Shown here piece after piece: positions 1-9,484 of a stretch of 64,000 nt of DNA (its first letter is position 1; the number at the start of each line of letters is the position of its first letter). This DNA comes from Escherichia coli (lineage in GTDB: Bacteria > Pseudomonadota > Gammaproteobacteria > Enterobacterales > Enterobacteriaceae). The translations under genes and the position numbers were made by a program. The notes under the pieces are model-generated. The model was not told where the DNA came from, ran no database searches, and saw nothing but the letters and a program-made list of their open reading frames with translations. The stretch lies in assembly GCF_016903815.1 (NCBI RefSeq), contig NZ_CP069973.1. One strand, 5' to 3'.

Positions 1-47
1 TGAAGGAACGCGACACCCTTCACGGACTTTTGAAGTTGATGCTATGA
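1..47 (+). CDS. 3' end of an ORF truncated by the window edge (...KERDTLHGLLKLML*); candidate toxin partner of the next gene
   Basis: In-frame read from window start ends at TGA 45-47, overlapping the ATG at 44-46 of the next gene (ATGA overlap). Confidence 0.3.
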   Translation, partial: KERDTLHGLLKLML

Positions 48-232
48 AAATCAAAGAAATACGCCGCGCTTCAGGGTTGTCACAATCTAAATTTGCCGAA
101 CTTATTTCCGTAAGCGTAGACACGTTGCGTAACTGGGAGCAGGGGCGACGTTCACCGACTGGGCCTGCAAAGGCTTTGCTGCGAGCGATTGCCAATGATC
201 CGCAACATGTGCTGCAGGCACTTAACCGTTAG
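44..232 (+). CDS. XRE-family helix-turn-helix protein, HigA-like antitoxin candidate (62 aa)
   Basis: ORF track; HTH-like stretch GLSQSKFAELISVSVDTLRNWEQGRRSP; 4-nt overlap with upstream ORF. Confidence 0.55.
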   Translation: MKIKEIRRASGLSQSKFAELISVSVDTLRNWEQGRRSPTGPAKALLRAIANDPQHVLQALNR

Positions 233-316
233 AGGCATGGTTATGCCATACAGAAAGCACCAGCATTCAGAACTCCTATGAAAGCGGCATAGTGCCGCCT
301 GCTCAGGAGTTTTACT

Positions 317-529
317 ATGACCCGTAATCGTGCTGAACGTCGCCATCATATGGCGCGATTAAAAAAAATCCGCTGCCGTTATCGCACTGCAGGCGATGGA
401 AGCAAAAAAGCATCAGGTATTTGCTTTCGTACTCCCTGTATTTGTTCTTGTTGGATGTGTGGGCATCGACGCTATCATAATGGTCCCCGCGTATCGGAAA
501 TTCGTGCAAAAGCACGCTATGCGAATTAA
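317..529 (+). CDS. hypothetical small basic Cys/His-rich protein (70 aa)
   Basis: ORF with GGAG 7 nt upstream of ATG; motif CICSCWMCGH; no family recognised. Confidence 0.35.
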   Translation: MTRNRAERRHHMARLKKIRCRYRTAGDGSKKASGICFRTPCICSCWMCGHRRYHNGPRVSEIRAKARYAN

Positions 530-590
530 GGGAAAATGATGAACTATTTTAAGGAAGCACATTTTTAGAACTCTTAACAGGAGACTAAAA

Positions 591-869
591 ATGTCCACGC
601 TTAATACGCGTAAAGATAGGGATCGTAATGGTAAAGCGAAGCCACATAATCATTCAGGGATCCCAACACTTACAGGTAAATGGCGTCACCCTTCAATGGA
701 TTGTTGGGTAAACTACAGTACACCGGGCGATCATGAATGGAAGCGGCTCTATACTACGCTTCGCCGTCGCGCAGATGATCGACGCCAATGTCATCGGGTA
801 ATGCAGGGGGATGATCCAGAAGGAATCGTCTGGTTCCCGGACTGTTATCCACAAATTTACTACTACTAA
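591..869 (+). CDS. hypothetical protein (92 aa)
   Basis: ORF with AGGAG 7 nt upstream of ATG; no family recognised. Confidence 0.35.
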   Translation: MSTLNTRKDRDRNGKAKPHNHSGIPTLTGKWRHPSMDCWVNYSTPGDHEWKRLYTTLRRRADDRRQCHRVMQGDDPEGIVWFPDCYPQIYYY

Positions 870-1287
870 CAATTAAAGACCGGTTGGTGCGGCACTGACC
901 GGTCAGTTATGAATGGTAGATTTCACCTTAAACCCTGGTGCGGTAAAGCTGCTGACTTTTTCGGGTACACCATCCTGATGAAGCAAATGAACACCCAATC
1001 AAAAAAATATTCTTGAATATAAAATATTTATAGCACCCATAATTCATCCTTATTATTTGTTGTTTCTTTTCTGTAGATGTGTCCCCGCTTAATTAAAAGT
1101 AATAAACCATCCTGGGTTATTACTAAACCATTTTTGAGTAACAATTGAAATAACTGCAACTGTTACATTATCTTTGGATGCCGTCTCGCAAAAACAAAAC
1201 GACATGCAAAAATCCGCTTTTTTTAAATGATTTTTCGGCGTAATTTTCGCACATACATTAATGAGTAATATATGTAAGGTGGTGGTA

Positions 1288-1506
1288 ATGGCGATGAATA
1301 CGGTTTTTCTTCATTTATCAGAAGAGGCAATTAAACGGCTGAATAAGCTTAGGGGCTGGCGTAAGGTTTCACGATCTGCAATTTTACGCGAAGCGGTAGA
1401 GCAATATCTGGAACGTCAGCAATTCCCGGTGCGTAAAGCAAAGGGAGGCAGGCAAAAGGGGGAGGTAGTTGGTGTTGATGATCAGTGTAAGGAGCATAAG
1501 GAATGA
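1288..1506 (+). CDS. yiiE: ribbon-helix-helix (CopG-like) small regulator, 72 aa from internal ATG
   Basis: ORF track 1261..1506; GGTGG Shine-Dalgarno before ATG at 1288; LREAVEQYL motif; position upstream of fdhE. Confidence 0.6.
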   Translation: MAMNTVFLHLSEEAIKRLNKLRGWRKVSRSAILREAVEQYLERQQFPVRKAKGGRQKGEVVGVDDQCKEHKE

Positions 1507-1709
1507 CAAAAATTTTTCATTCTTGAATATAAAAAAACAGATGCCCTTATTCTGGTATTAATACAAGGCTGTTTTACTTGAACTTATAATAACTGCAACT
1601 GTTACATCATATCTGGAAAACGCCTCGCAAAAATAAAAAGTGATGCGTAAATACGCTTTCTTTAAAGATTCGACAAGGGTACTTTTCTCTCCATAGATTC
1701 AAAAATGAT

Positions 1710-1967
1710 ATGGGCGAGATATTTATGAACTCTCTGGCAGGTATAGATATGGGCAGAATTTTACTCAATTTATCGAATGAGTTGTTTAAGCAACTTGATG
1801 ATCTCGAGGTGCAGCATAATCTTCCTCGTGCGGAGCTATTACGGGAAGCGGTAGATCAATACCTGGTAAATCAATCGCAAACAGCAAGAGCCAGTGCTTT
1901 TGGCATCTGGCAAGGGAGTGAGGAAGATGGTGTCCAATACCAGCGTAAGCTGCGCGAGGAATGGTAA
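1710..1967 (+). CDS. yiiF: ribbon-helix-helix protein with VapB-antitoxin-like C-terminus; true start may be 1725 or 1749
   Basis: ORF track; paralogous to the upstream RHH ORF (LREAVDQYL); C-terminal AFGIWQG...YQRKLREEW. Confidence 0.6.
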   Translation: MGEIFMNSLAGIDMGRILLNLSNELFKQLDDLEVQHNLPRAELLREAVDQYLVNQSQTARASAFGIWQGSEEDGVQYQRKLREEW

Positions 1968-2148
1968 TGGCAAAAAGATTTGGCTATTTGATATCGATAT
2001 TGTTATCGATTTGTTCAGTGTGAAAATTGAGGCAAAACAGGCACTGGCAGCATAGCTTGAGGTGGTAACGCGGAATAAGAGAGATGGTGTCGTCACACCC
2101 TATGAACTGTAATCCGGGCGACCTGCGCCACCCGGAAAACGTCAGAGA

Positions 2149-3078
2149 TTACTCCCCTTCACCCGGAAACAGGAACGGGTTGATGGAACTACGAGCATAG
2201 CCTTCTTGCTCCATTCGCGCGTCCAGTACCAGAGAGGCGAGGTCATCTGCCACGGCTTCAACTTTCGGTTCTTTTTCCTGATAAAGAATCTTCAGGTAAG
2301 TGCCGCAGTCATCGCAGCTTTCGGCTTTAATCGCGGCCTGTTCGTCATCCAGCGACCAGTAATGCAGTTTGCCGCTCTGCTCGCAGTTGCTGCATTTTAC
2401 GCGCACTACGTGCCATTCGGTTTCACACAGGTTGCAGTGCAGGTAACGCAGACCCTGAGTGGTGCCAATTTGCACCATGCTGGACACCGGCATAGAGCCA
2501 CATACCGGGCAATATTGACGTTGTTCGCCGTATTCAGCGCGGGCTTTGCCGGGGATCAGATTAGCCATCTGCGCCCAGTAGAGCGACAGCGCAGCCCAGA
2601 TAAACGGCGCTTTATCGCTGCTGACGGACGAGAAATCAGAGGCAAACAGTGCGCTGGCCATATCTTCCAGCTCCTGAGTCGATGCCTTCTCCAGATTCTC
2701 AATCACTGCCAGCGCCGGGCCGCTCATTTCAGGTTTCAGCTCAGCAATCAGCGCCATCAGCAGCTTTTGCCAGTGCTTATCACGCGGCAGAACGTGAATA
2801 TCCAGCGGGGGCTTGCCCTGTGCGCTGGCTTCTTTAATGCGCGCGGTCAGATCCATCTCCAGCGGATGGTCGTACAGCACCACTTCCTGGGCGTGGGCGA
2901 TAAGCGCAGCAAAGCGCAGGTAATCACCCAGCGGATTATTTTCTGCCAGCTCGCGCAGACGCTCGGCGCGGCGGTTGTATAAATTCTTGAGCCGAGGGAA
3001 CAATAACGGCGGAATCATATCCGCCGTACGTTTCTCGCTCGAACCCAGCTCATCTTGCGGGATTATGCGAATACTCAT
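2149..3078 (-). CDS. fdhE: formate dehydrogenase accessory protein FdhE
   Basis: 309-aa ORF with paired CxxC motifs; recognised sequence; synteny with fdoGHI. Confidence 0.93.
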   Translation of the reverse strand: MSIRIIPQDELGSSEKRTADMIPPLLFPRLKNLYNRRAERLRELAENNPLGDYLRFAALIAHAQEVVLYDHPLEMDLTARIKEASAQGKPPLDIHVLPRDKHWQKLLMALIAELKPEMSGPALAVIENLEKASTQELEDMASALFASDFSSVSSDKAPFIWAALSLYWAQMANLIPGKARAEYGEQRQYCPVCGSMPVSSMVQIGTTQGLRYLHCNLCETEWHVVRVKCSNCEQSGKLHYWSLDDEQAAIKAESCDDCGTYLKILYQEKEPKVEAVADDLASLVLDARMEQEGYARSSINPFLFPGEGE

Positions 3079-3710
3079 TCAGCTTTCTTTTCCGTTGTCT
3101 TGCGGACCTCACGGTACCAGCGCGGGTGATGTTTCTTCGCCCAGGCGCTGGTAACCCATCCTTCCACCATGGCGGTAATCGTGCCTTTCACCCAAAGGGC
3201 GGCGTAGATATGCACCATGATAACCACAATTAACGCCACTGCGGCAAATGAATGCAGCATTAACGCGAATCGGATCACCGGGATTGAGAAAGCAGGCGCA
3301 AAATAAGGACGCCAGATAATCACGCCGCTCACCAGCAGCAGAACCAGGAAAATAATCGCCGCCCAGAAAACGCATTTCTGACCGAAGTTATAACGCCCGG
3401 TGTCACCTACTTCCTCGTTGACGACGATCTTACGAATATTCTTCGCCCAAAAGATATCATCCCGATTGATTAGGTTGTGATGCCAGTAACGGAAAAACAT
3501 GATGATGAACGAGGCAAACATAACCACGCCGACAAACGGGTGCAGAATTCGCGCCAGCTGCGGTGTGCCCATGATTTGCATCAACCAGTTGAAGGACGGG
3601 AACAAAAAGCCCAGCCCGCTCACCGCCGCCAGGATGAAGCAGAAGGCGGTGATCCAGTGGTTGATACGTTCCGGCGCGGTGTAGCGCACGATGGTGTCAC
3701 GTCGTTTCAT
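3075..3710 (-). CDS. fdoI: formate dehydrogenase-O cytochrome b556 subunit
   Basis: 211-aa hydrophobic ORF overlapping fdoH stop; synteny. Confidence 0.93.
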
Positions 3711-4609
3711 TTGCGCTCCTCGTCTTTCTCTTCGTGCAGATTATTCTCTTCCTCATCCGCACGGTTCGGACCGACACCCACGTAGTGGAAGATACTGGCT
3801 GCGAAGGTAGCCGCAAAGCCAACAGCTGCGAGCGGTTTCCAGATGCCTTTCCAGAATTTCACGGTTTCGCTGATTTCCGGGTTCTCCGGCAAGCCATGAT
3901 ACAGATTTGGCTTGTCAGCATGGTGCAGCACGTACATAACGTGTGTACCACCAACGCCTGCCGGATCGTACAGACCCGCATTGTCGTAACCGCGAGTTTT
4001 CAGCTCCGCCACGCGCTCGCTCGCCAGCGTTTTCATCGACTCTTTCGTACCGAAGTGAATCGCGCCCGTTGGGCAGGTCTTCACGCAGGCCGGTTCTTGC
4101 CCAACCACCACGCGGTCAACGCACAGCGTACATTTGTAGACGCGGTTGTCTTCCGGGTTGAGGCGCGGAATGTCGAACGGACAGCCCGCAATGCAATAAC
4201 CGCAGCCGATGCACTGCTCGGACTGGAAGTCGACGATACCGTTGGCATACTGAATAATTGCTCCTTCCGCCGGGCACGCTTTCAGGCAGCCTGGATCGGA
4301 ACAGTGCATACAGCCGTCTTTGCGGATCAGCCATTCCAGTTTGTCGTTCTGTTCCACTTCCGAGAAGCGCATCACCGTCCACGATTTGGCACTTAAATCA
4401 TTGGGGTTGTCGTACACCCCAATGTTATTGCCGACGGTATCGCGAATGTCGTTCCACTCTGAACACGCCACCTGACAGGCTTTACAGCCGATACAGGTGG
4501 TGACGTCGATGAGTTTCGCCACTTCTTCCTGGAAGTCCCGCGCCTGAGGCGCGGGGGTCAGACCGTTAGTCGCGGAACGACGAATGATATCTTGAGATTG
4601 ATAAGCCAT
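3707..4609 (-). CDS. fdoH: formate dehydrogenase-O iron-sulfur subunit
   Basis: 300-aa ORF with multiple CxxCxxCxxxCP ferredoxin motifs. Confidence 0.94.
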
Positions 4610-4621
4610 ATGTCGTCTCCG

Positions 4622-7600
4622 TTACACCTTTTCCACATTCACAAGGAAGGACTTAAACTCTGGCGTCTGCGTGTTCGCATCACCAACGAATGGCGTTAAC
4701 GTATTGGCAATAAAGCCTTTTTTCGCAACACCTTCATAGCCCCAGTGAATCGGAATACCGATGGTATCGATATCTTTGCCGTTCGCTTTCAGCGTGCGAA
4801 TACGTTTGGTCACCACCGCTTTGGCTTTTATATAGCCACGGTTGGAGGAGACTTTCACTGTATCGCCCTGGGCAATGCCAAGTTTATTCGCCAGCGACTC
4901 ACCGATTTCCACAAACTGCTCTGGTTGCAAAATCGCGTTCAACAGCGCGTGTTTGGTCCAGTAGTGGAAGTGCTCGGTCAGACGATAGGTGGTTCCGACA
5001 TACGGGAACTTATCGGCTTTACCCAATGCTTCGGCGTCGTCTTTAAAGATACGTGCAGCCGGGTTCGAGATAACGTTTGGATGCAGCGGGTTAGTTCCCA
5101 GCGGCGTTTCAAACGGCTCGTAGTGTTCCGGGAACGGACCTTCCGCCATCTTATCGAGGGCAAACAGACGCCCCATGCCTTCCTGCTGCATGATAAACGG
5201 CCCAACGCCACTGCCCGGAGGCGCTGCGCTGTAGTCCGGAATATCCCAGCCGGTCCACTTAGTGCCGTCCCATTTCAGCAACTGACGCTTCGGATCCCAC
5301 GGGTTACCCTGCGGATCTGCGGAGGCGCGGTTATACAGAATGCGGCGGTTAAGCGGCCATGCCCATGCCCAGCCCAGCGTGTTACCGAGGCCAGACGGAT
5401 CGGCGTTATCACGACGCGCCATCTGGTTGCCCTCTGGCGTCCAGCTACCGGCGAAAATCCAGCAGCCACAGGAGGTGGTACCGTCATCGCGCAGTTGGGC
5501 GAACGAGCTAAGTTGTTGGCCTTTCTTGACGATAACCGCACCGGTTGCCGGATCGGTAATATCGGCCAGCGCCTTACCGTTGCTCTCCATCGCCACTTCT
5601 TCCGACTTCGGCTCATGCGGGATGGCGTAGTTCCAGGTCATGTTCAGCACCTGGTCCGGGTTCGCGCCACCCTGTTCGGCATACATCTTGCGCAAGCGCA
5701 GGAAGATACCGGAGAGGATCTCGCCGTCAGTCAGCGCAATCCCAGGGGCGTCCGCACCTTTCCAGTGCCACTGCAACCAGCGACCTGAGTTAACGATTGA
5801 ACCGTTCTCTTCCGCGAAGCAGGTCGATGGCAGACGGAACACTTCGGTCTGGATCTTCGACGAGTCAACTTCGTTCAGCTCACCGTGGTTCTGCCAGAAG
5901 TTAGAGGTTTCAGTGTTCAGCGGGTCGATGGTGACGAGGAACTTCAGTTTCGACAGACAACCGATCACTTTGTTTTTGTTCGGGAATGAGGCAACAGGGT
6001 TAAAACCCTGGCAGATATAGCCATTGACCTTGCCTTCTTTCATCATCTCGAAGTATTGCAGGACGTCGTAGCCTTTATCCCACTTCGGCAACCAGTCAAA
6101 GCCCCAGCTATTTTCCGCCGTCGCTTTATCACCAAAGAAGGCCTTCATCATAGAGACGAAGAATTTCGGGTAGTTGCCCCAGTAGTTTACCTGGCCTTCC
6201 AGCAGCGGTTTTGGCGTGTTGGCGGTAAGGTAGGTTTGCAGATCGGTCTGCTTCTCGCTTGGCAGCGTCATGTAACCCGGCAGGCTCTGCGACAGCAGCC
6301 CCAGGTCCGTCAGCCCCTGAATATTGGAGTGACCGCGCAGGGCGTTAACGCCGCCGCCGGCCATCCCCATATTGCCGAGCAGCAGCTGGATCATCGCCAT
6401 CGTACGAATGTTTTGCGCACCAACGGAGTGTTGCGTCCAGCCGAGGGCATACAGGAACGAGGCAGTTTTATCGTGTGCACTGGTTTCGGCGATGTATTCG
6501 CAGACTTTCAGGAACGCGTCTTTTGGCGTACCACAGATGTTTTCAACCACATCTGGCGTGTAGCGGGAAACGTGCTGTTTCAGCAAGTTCCACACGCAGC
6601 GCGGATGTTGCAGCGTGGTATCGCGTTTGGCGAAGCCGTTTTCGTCCAGTTCGTAAGTCCAGGAGGATTTATCGTACTTGCGTTTTTCCGCGTCGTAGCC
6701 GGTGAACAGGCCATCTTCAAAGCCGTAATCCTCACGCACGATAAGGCTAGCGTTGGTATAGGCTTCGGTATATTCGCGGTTGAATTTTTCATTGTTCAGC
6801 AGGTACAGCAATACGCCTGACAGGAAAGCAATGTCAGTACCGGAACGAATAGGGGCATAGTAGTCAGCCACCGCCGCCGTACGCGTAAAGCGAGGATCGA
6901 TCACAATCAGCTTCGCGCCGTTGTGAATTTTGGCTTCCATCGCCCAGCGGAACCCGACCGGGTGAGCTTCAGCGGCATTACCGCCCATCACCACGACGAG
7001 GTTGGCGTTCTTGATGTCGACCCAGTGGTTGGTCATCGCACCGCGACCAAATGTTGGAGCAAGACTTGCTACCGTTGGTCCGTGTCAGACACGCGCCTGG
7101 TTGTCGACCGCGAGCATCCCCAGCGCGCGGGAGAATTTTTGCGTTAAATAGCCGGTTTCGTTACTCGACGCGGAAGCACAAAGCATCCCGGTGGAGAGCC
7201 AGCGGTTAACAGTCACGCCTTCGGCGTTTTGCGCAATGTAGTTAGCATCGCGGTCTTCTTTCATCAGTTTGGCGATGCGATCAAACGCCTCTTCCCAACT
7301 GATTTGCTGCCATTTATCAGAACCTGGCGCACGGTATTCCGGAAACTTCAGACGGCTTTCGGAGTGGATGAAATCCACCAGGCCAGCGCCTTTCGGACAA
7401 AGTGCACCGCGGTTGACCGGGTGATCCGGATCGCCTTCGATATGGAAGATAGATGCTTTGGCGTTTTTTGCTCCGTCACCGAGGCTGTACATCAACAGCC
7501 CACAGCCTACGGAACAATAGGTGCAGGTATTACGGGTTTCGCGGGTGCGCAGCAGTTTATACTGCCGGGTTTCCGCGAGTGCTACGCTGGGTGCAAAACC

Positions 7601-7672
7601 CAGTGCCGCTGCCGTGGTGCCTGCCATACCGCCAGCGCAGATCTTAAAGAACTGCCTTCTGCTGACCTGCAT
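4622..7672 (-). CDS. fdoG: formate dehydrogenase-O catalytic subunit, selenoprotein; in-frame UGA (Sec) at 7085..7087
   Basis: Track ORFs 7085..7672 and 4622..7036 are in one frame separated only by TGA; Tat-like RRQFFK N-terminus; reading continues HGPTVASLAPTFGRGA-MTNHW after the UGA. Confidence 0.93.
7040..7084 (-). promoter_or_regulatory. candidate SECIS stem-loop directly 3' of the fdoG UGA
   Basis: mRNA after UGA contains GCAAG-U-CUUGC nested within GACCAA...UUGGUC. Confidence 0.5.
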
Positions 7673-7865
7673 GGATTGCTCCTTGTTTCGACATTGTCAC
7701 GTCCCATTTACATTCGCTTGCTGCGTGTGCAGGGAGTGGGAGTTATTTTTCTTTGCGGAAGGGGCCGCAAAGGTCCAGAATTGGCTCAATTTCCCTCCAT
7801 CCAGGAAGGGTTTGTAACAGAATACCATAATGTTGGTGTGTGTGTTCTTATCTGGTTAAGAGAAA

Positions 7866-8699
7866 GTGAAAAAAACACAGCAAAAAGAAATCGAAAATGT
7901 GACAAATGTCACAGGTGTTCGTCAAATTGAGTTATGGCGGCGTGATGATTTACAACACCCACGGTTAGATGAGGTCGCGGAAGAAGTTCCCGTTGCGCTG
8001 GTCTACAACGGCATTTCGCATGTGGTGATGATGGCGTCGCCCAAAGACCTTGAGTACTTTGCGCTCGGTTTTTCGCTTTCCGAGGGGATTATCGAAAGTC
8101 CGCGCGATATCTTCGGTATGGATGTCGTTCCTTCCTGTAATGGTCTGGAAGTGCAAATTGAGCTTTCCAGCCGCCGCTTTATGGGGTTGAAGGAGCGCCG
8201 CCGGGCGCTGGCGGGACGTACGGGCTGTGGCGTATGCGGTGTAGAACAGCTTAACGATATCGGTAAACCGGTGCAGCCGCTGCCGTTCACCCAGACGTTT
8301 GATCTCAACAAACTGGATGATGCATTACGTCATCTCAATGATTTCCAGCCAGTGGGGCAACTGACTGGTTGTACTCACGCCGCTGCATGGATGTTGCCAT
8401 CTGGCGAACTGGTCGGCGGGCATGAAGACGTGGGTCGCCATGTGGCGCTGGACAAACTGTTAGGCCGCCGGTCACAAGAAGGGGAAAGCTGGCAGCAAGG
8501 TGCGGTACTGGTTTCCAGCCGTGCCAGTTATGAAATGGTGCAAAAGTCGGCGATGTGCGGCGTAGAGATTTTGTTTGCGGTGTCTGCCGCGACCACGCTT
8601 GCTGTAGAAGTGGCTGAGCGCTGTAATCTGACACTGGTAGGTTTTTGTAAACCGGGTCGGGCAACGGTTTATACCCATCCGCAGCGTTTGAGCAATTAA
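7866..8699 (+). CDS. fdhD: formate dehydrogenase sulfurtransferase/accessory protein FdhD
   Basis: 277-aa ORF; recognised sequence; divergent from fdoG. Confidence 0.93.
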   Translation: MKKTQQKEIENVTNVTGVRQIELWRRDDLQHPRLDEVAEEVPVALVYNGISHVVMMASPKDLEYFALGFSLSEGIIESPRDIFGMDVVPSCNGLEVQIELSSRRFMGLKERRRALAGRTGCGVCGVEQLNDIGKPVQPLPFTQTFDLNKLDDALRHLNDFQPVGQLTGCTHAAAWMLPSGELVGGHEDVGRHVALDKLLGRRSQEGESWQQGAVLVSSRASYEMVQKSAMCGVEILFAVSAATTLAVEVAERCNLTLVGFCKPGRATVYTHPQRLSN

Positions 8700-8706
8700 T
8701 TAAAAT

Positions 8707-8747
8707 AAGTCCTGCGATATATATTAAATTGCAGGACTTATTCATTT
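8707..8747 (+). terminator. hairpin after fdhD (AAGTCCTGC...GCAGGACTT followed by a T-rich tail)
   Basis: 9-bp perfect inverted repeat with 15-nt loop, seen directly. Confidence 0.5.
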
Positions 8748-8748
8748 C

Positions 8749-9429
8749 GTGAATTTTATTATTTTATTTATAAACAAAGCGCGTGTAGTGGCGTTAACGC
8801 CTGCGCTGCAACCTATTGATGGCGTGGCGGTAAGTTATATTGATACTGCCGTGGCGTTGGGTAATACCATTAACGAAATGGATAAATATTACACCCAGGA
8901 AAATTATAAAGACGATGCGTTTGCGAAAGGGAAAACGCTGCACCAGACATTCTTAAAAAATCTTGAAGCCTTTGAACCTGTAGCAGAATCTTATCATGCG
9001 GCGATTCAGGAAATTAACGATAAGCGCCAGCTTGCGGAACTGAAAAATATTGAACAAAGAGAAGGGAAAACATTCCACTACTACTCTCTGGCAGTCATGA
9101 TTTCAGCGAAACAAATTAATAACCTGATTTCGCAAGAGAAGTTTGATGTTGATGCGGCAATGAAGAAAGTCTCTGAACTGGAAACGCTGGTGGCGCAGGC
9201 CAAAGAAGCGGATAAAGGCGGTATGAATTTCTCGTTCATTAATTCGGCAGACCAGTATCAACTCGAGGCTAAAAAATATGTTCGCCGCGTCAGAGATAAA
9301 GTTCCGTACTCTGACTGGGATAAAGAGCAACTTCAGGATGCAAACACAAGCTGGATGGTCGACGACTCATTTCCGCGAGCGTTACGCGAGTACAACGAAA
9401 TGGTCGATGACTATAATAGCCTGCGTTAA
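8749..9429 (+). CDS. yiiG: YiiG-like protein (DUF3829 family as I recall); ORF looks 5'-truncated
   Basis: 226-aa ORF with GTG start, no SD, no signal peptide, begins 2 nt after the fdhD terminator; I recall K-12 YiiG as about 351 aa. Confidence 0.55.
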   Translation: MNFIILFINKARVVALTPALQPIDGVAVSYIDTAVALGNTINEMDKYYTQENYKDDAFAKGKTLHQTFLKNLEAFEPVAESYHAAIQEINDKRQLAELKNIEQREGKTFHYYSLAVMISAKQINNLISQEKFDVDAAMKKVSELETLVAQAKEADKGGMNFSFINSADQYQLEAKKYVRRVRDKVPYSDWDKEQLQDANTSWMVDDSFPRALREYNEMVDDYNSLR

Positions 9430-9456
9430 ACGTTTTTGATTTTGGTGATAAATGCA

Positions 9457-9481
9457 GTGTCGGATGCGGCGCATCCGACAC
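9457..9481. repeat. REP-like perfect palindrome GTGTCGGATGCGGCGCATCCGACAC between convergent yiiG and frvR
   Basis: Seen directly; contains the GCCGGATGCGGCG-type REP core. Confidence 0.7.
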
Positions 9482-9484
9482 AGT

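Noticed and set aside
2206-2982. Long antisense or overlapping ORFs inside recognised genes (e.g. 2206..2982, 4745..5788, 6056..6820, 30329..31057, 33517..34116, 43400..44395, 51734..52456)
   Set aside because: Each lies wholly inside a well-supported gene on the opposite strand or in another frame and has no RBS; these are shadow ORFs typical of GC-rich coding DNA.
7085-7087. fdoG split into two ORFs by an internal stop, suggesting a pseudogene
   Set aside because: The stop is TGA, both pieces are in the same frame, and the protein is a known selenoprotein; this is a Sec codon.
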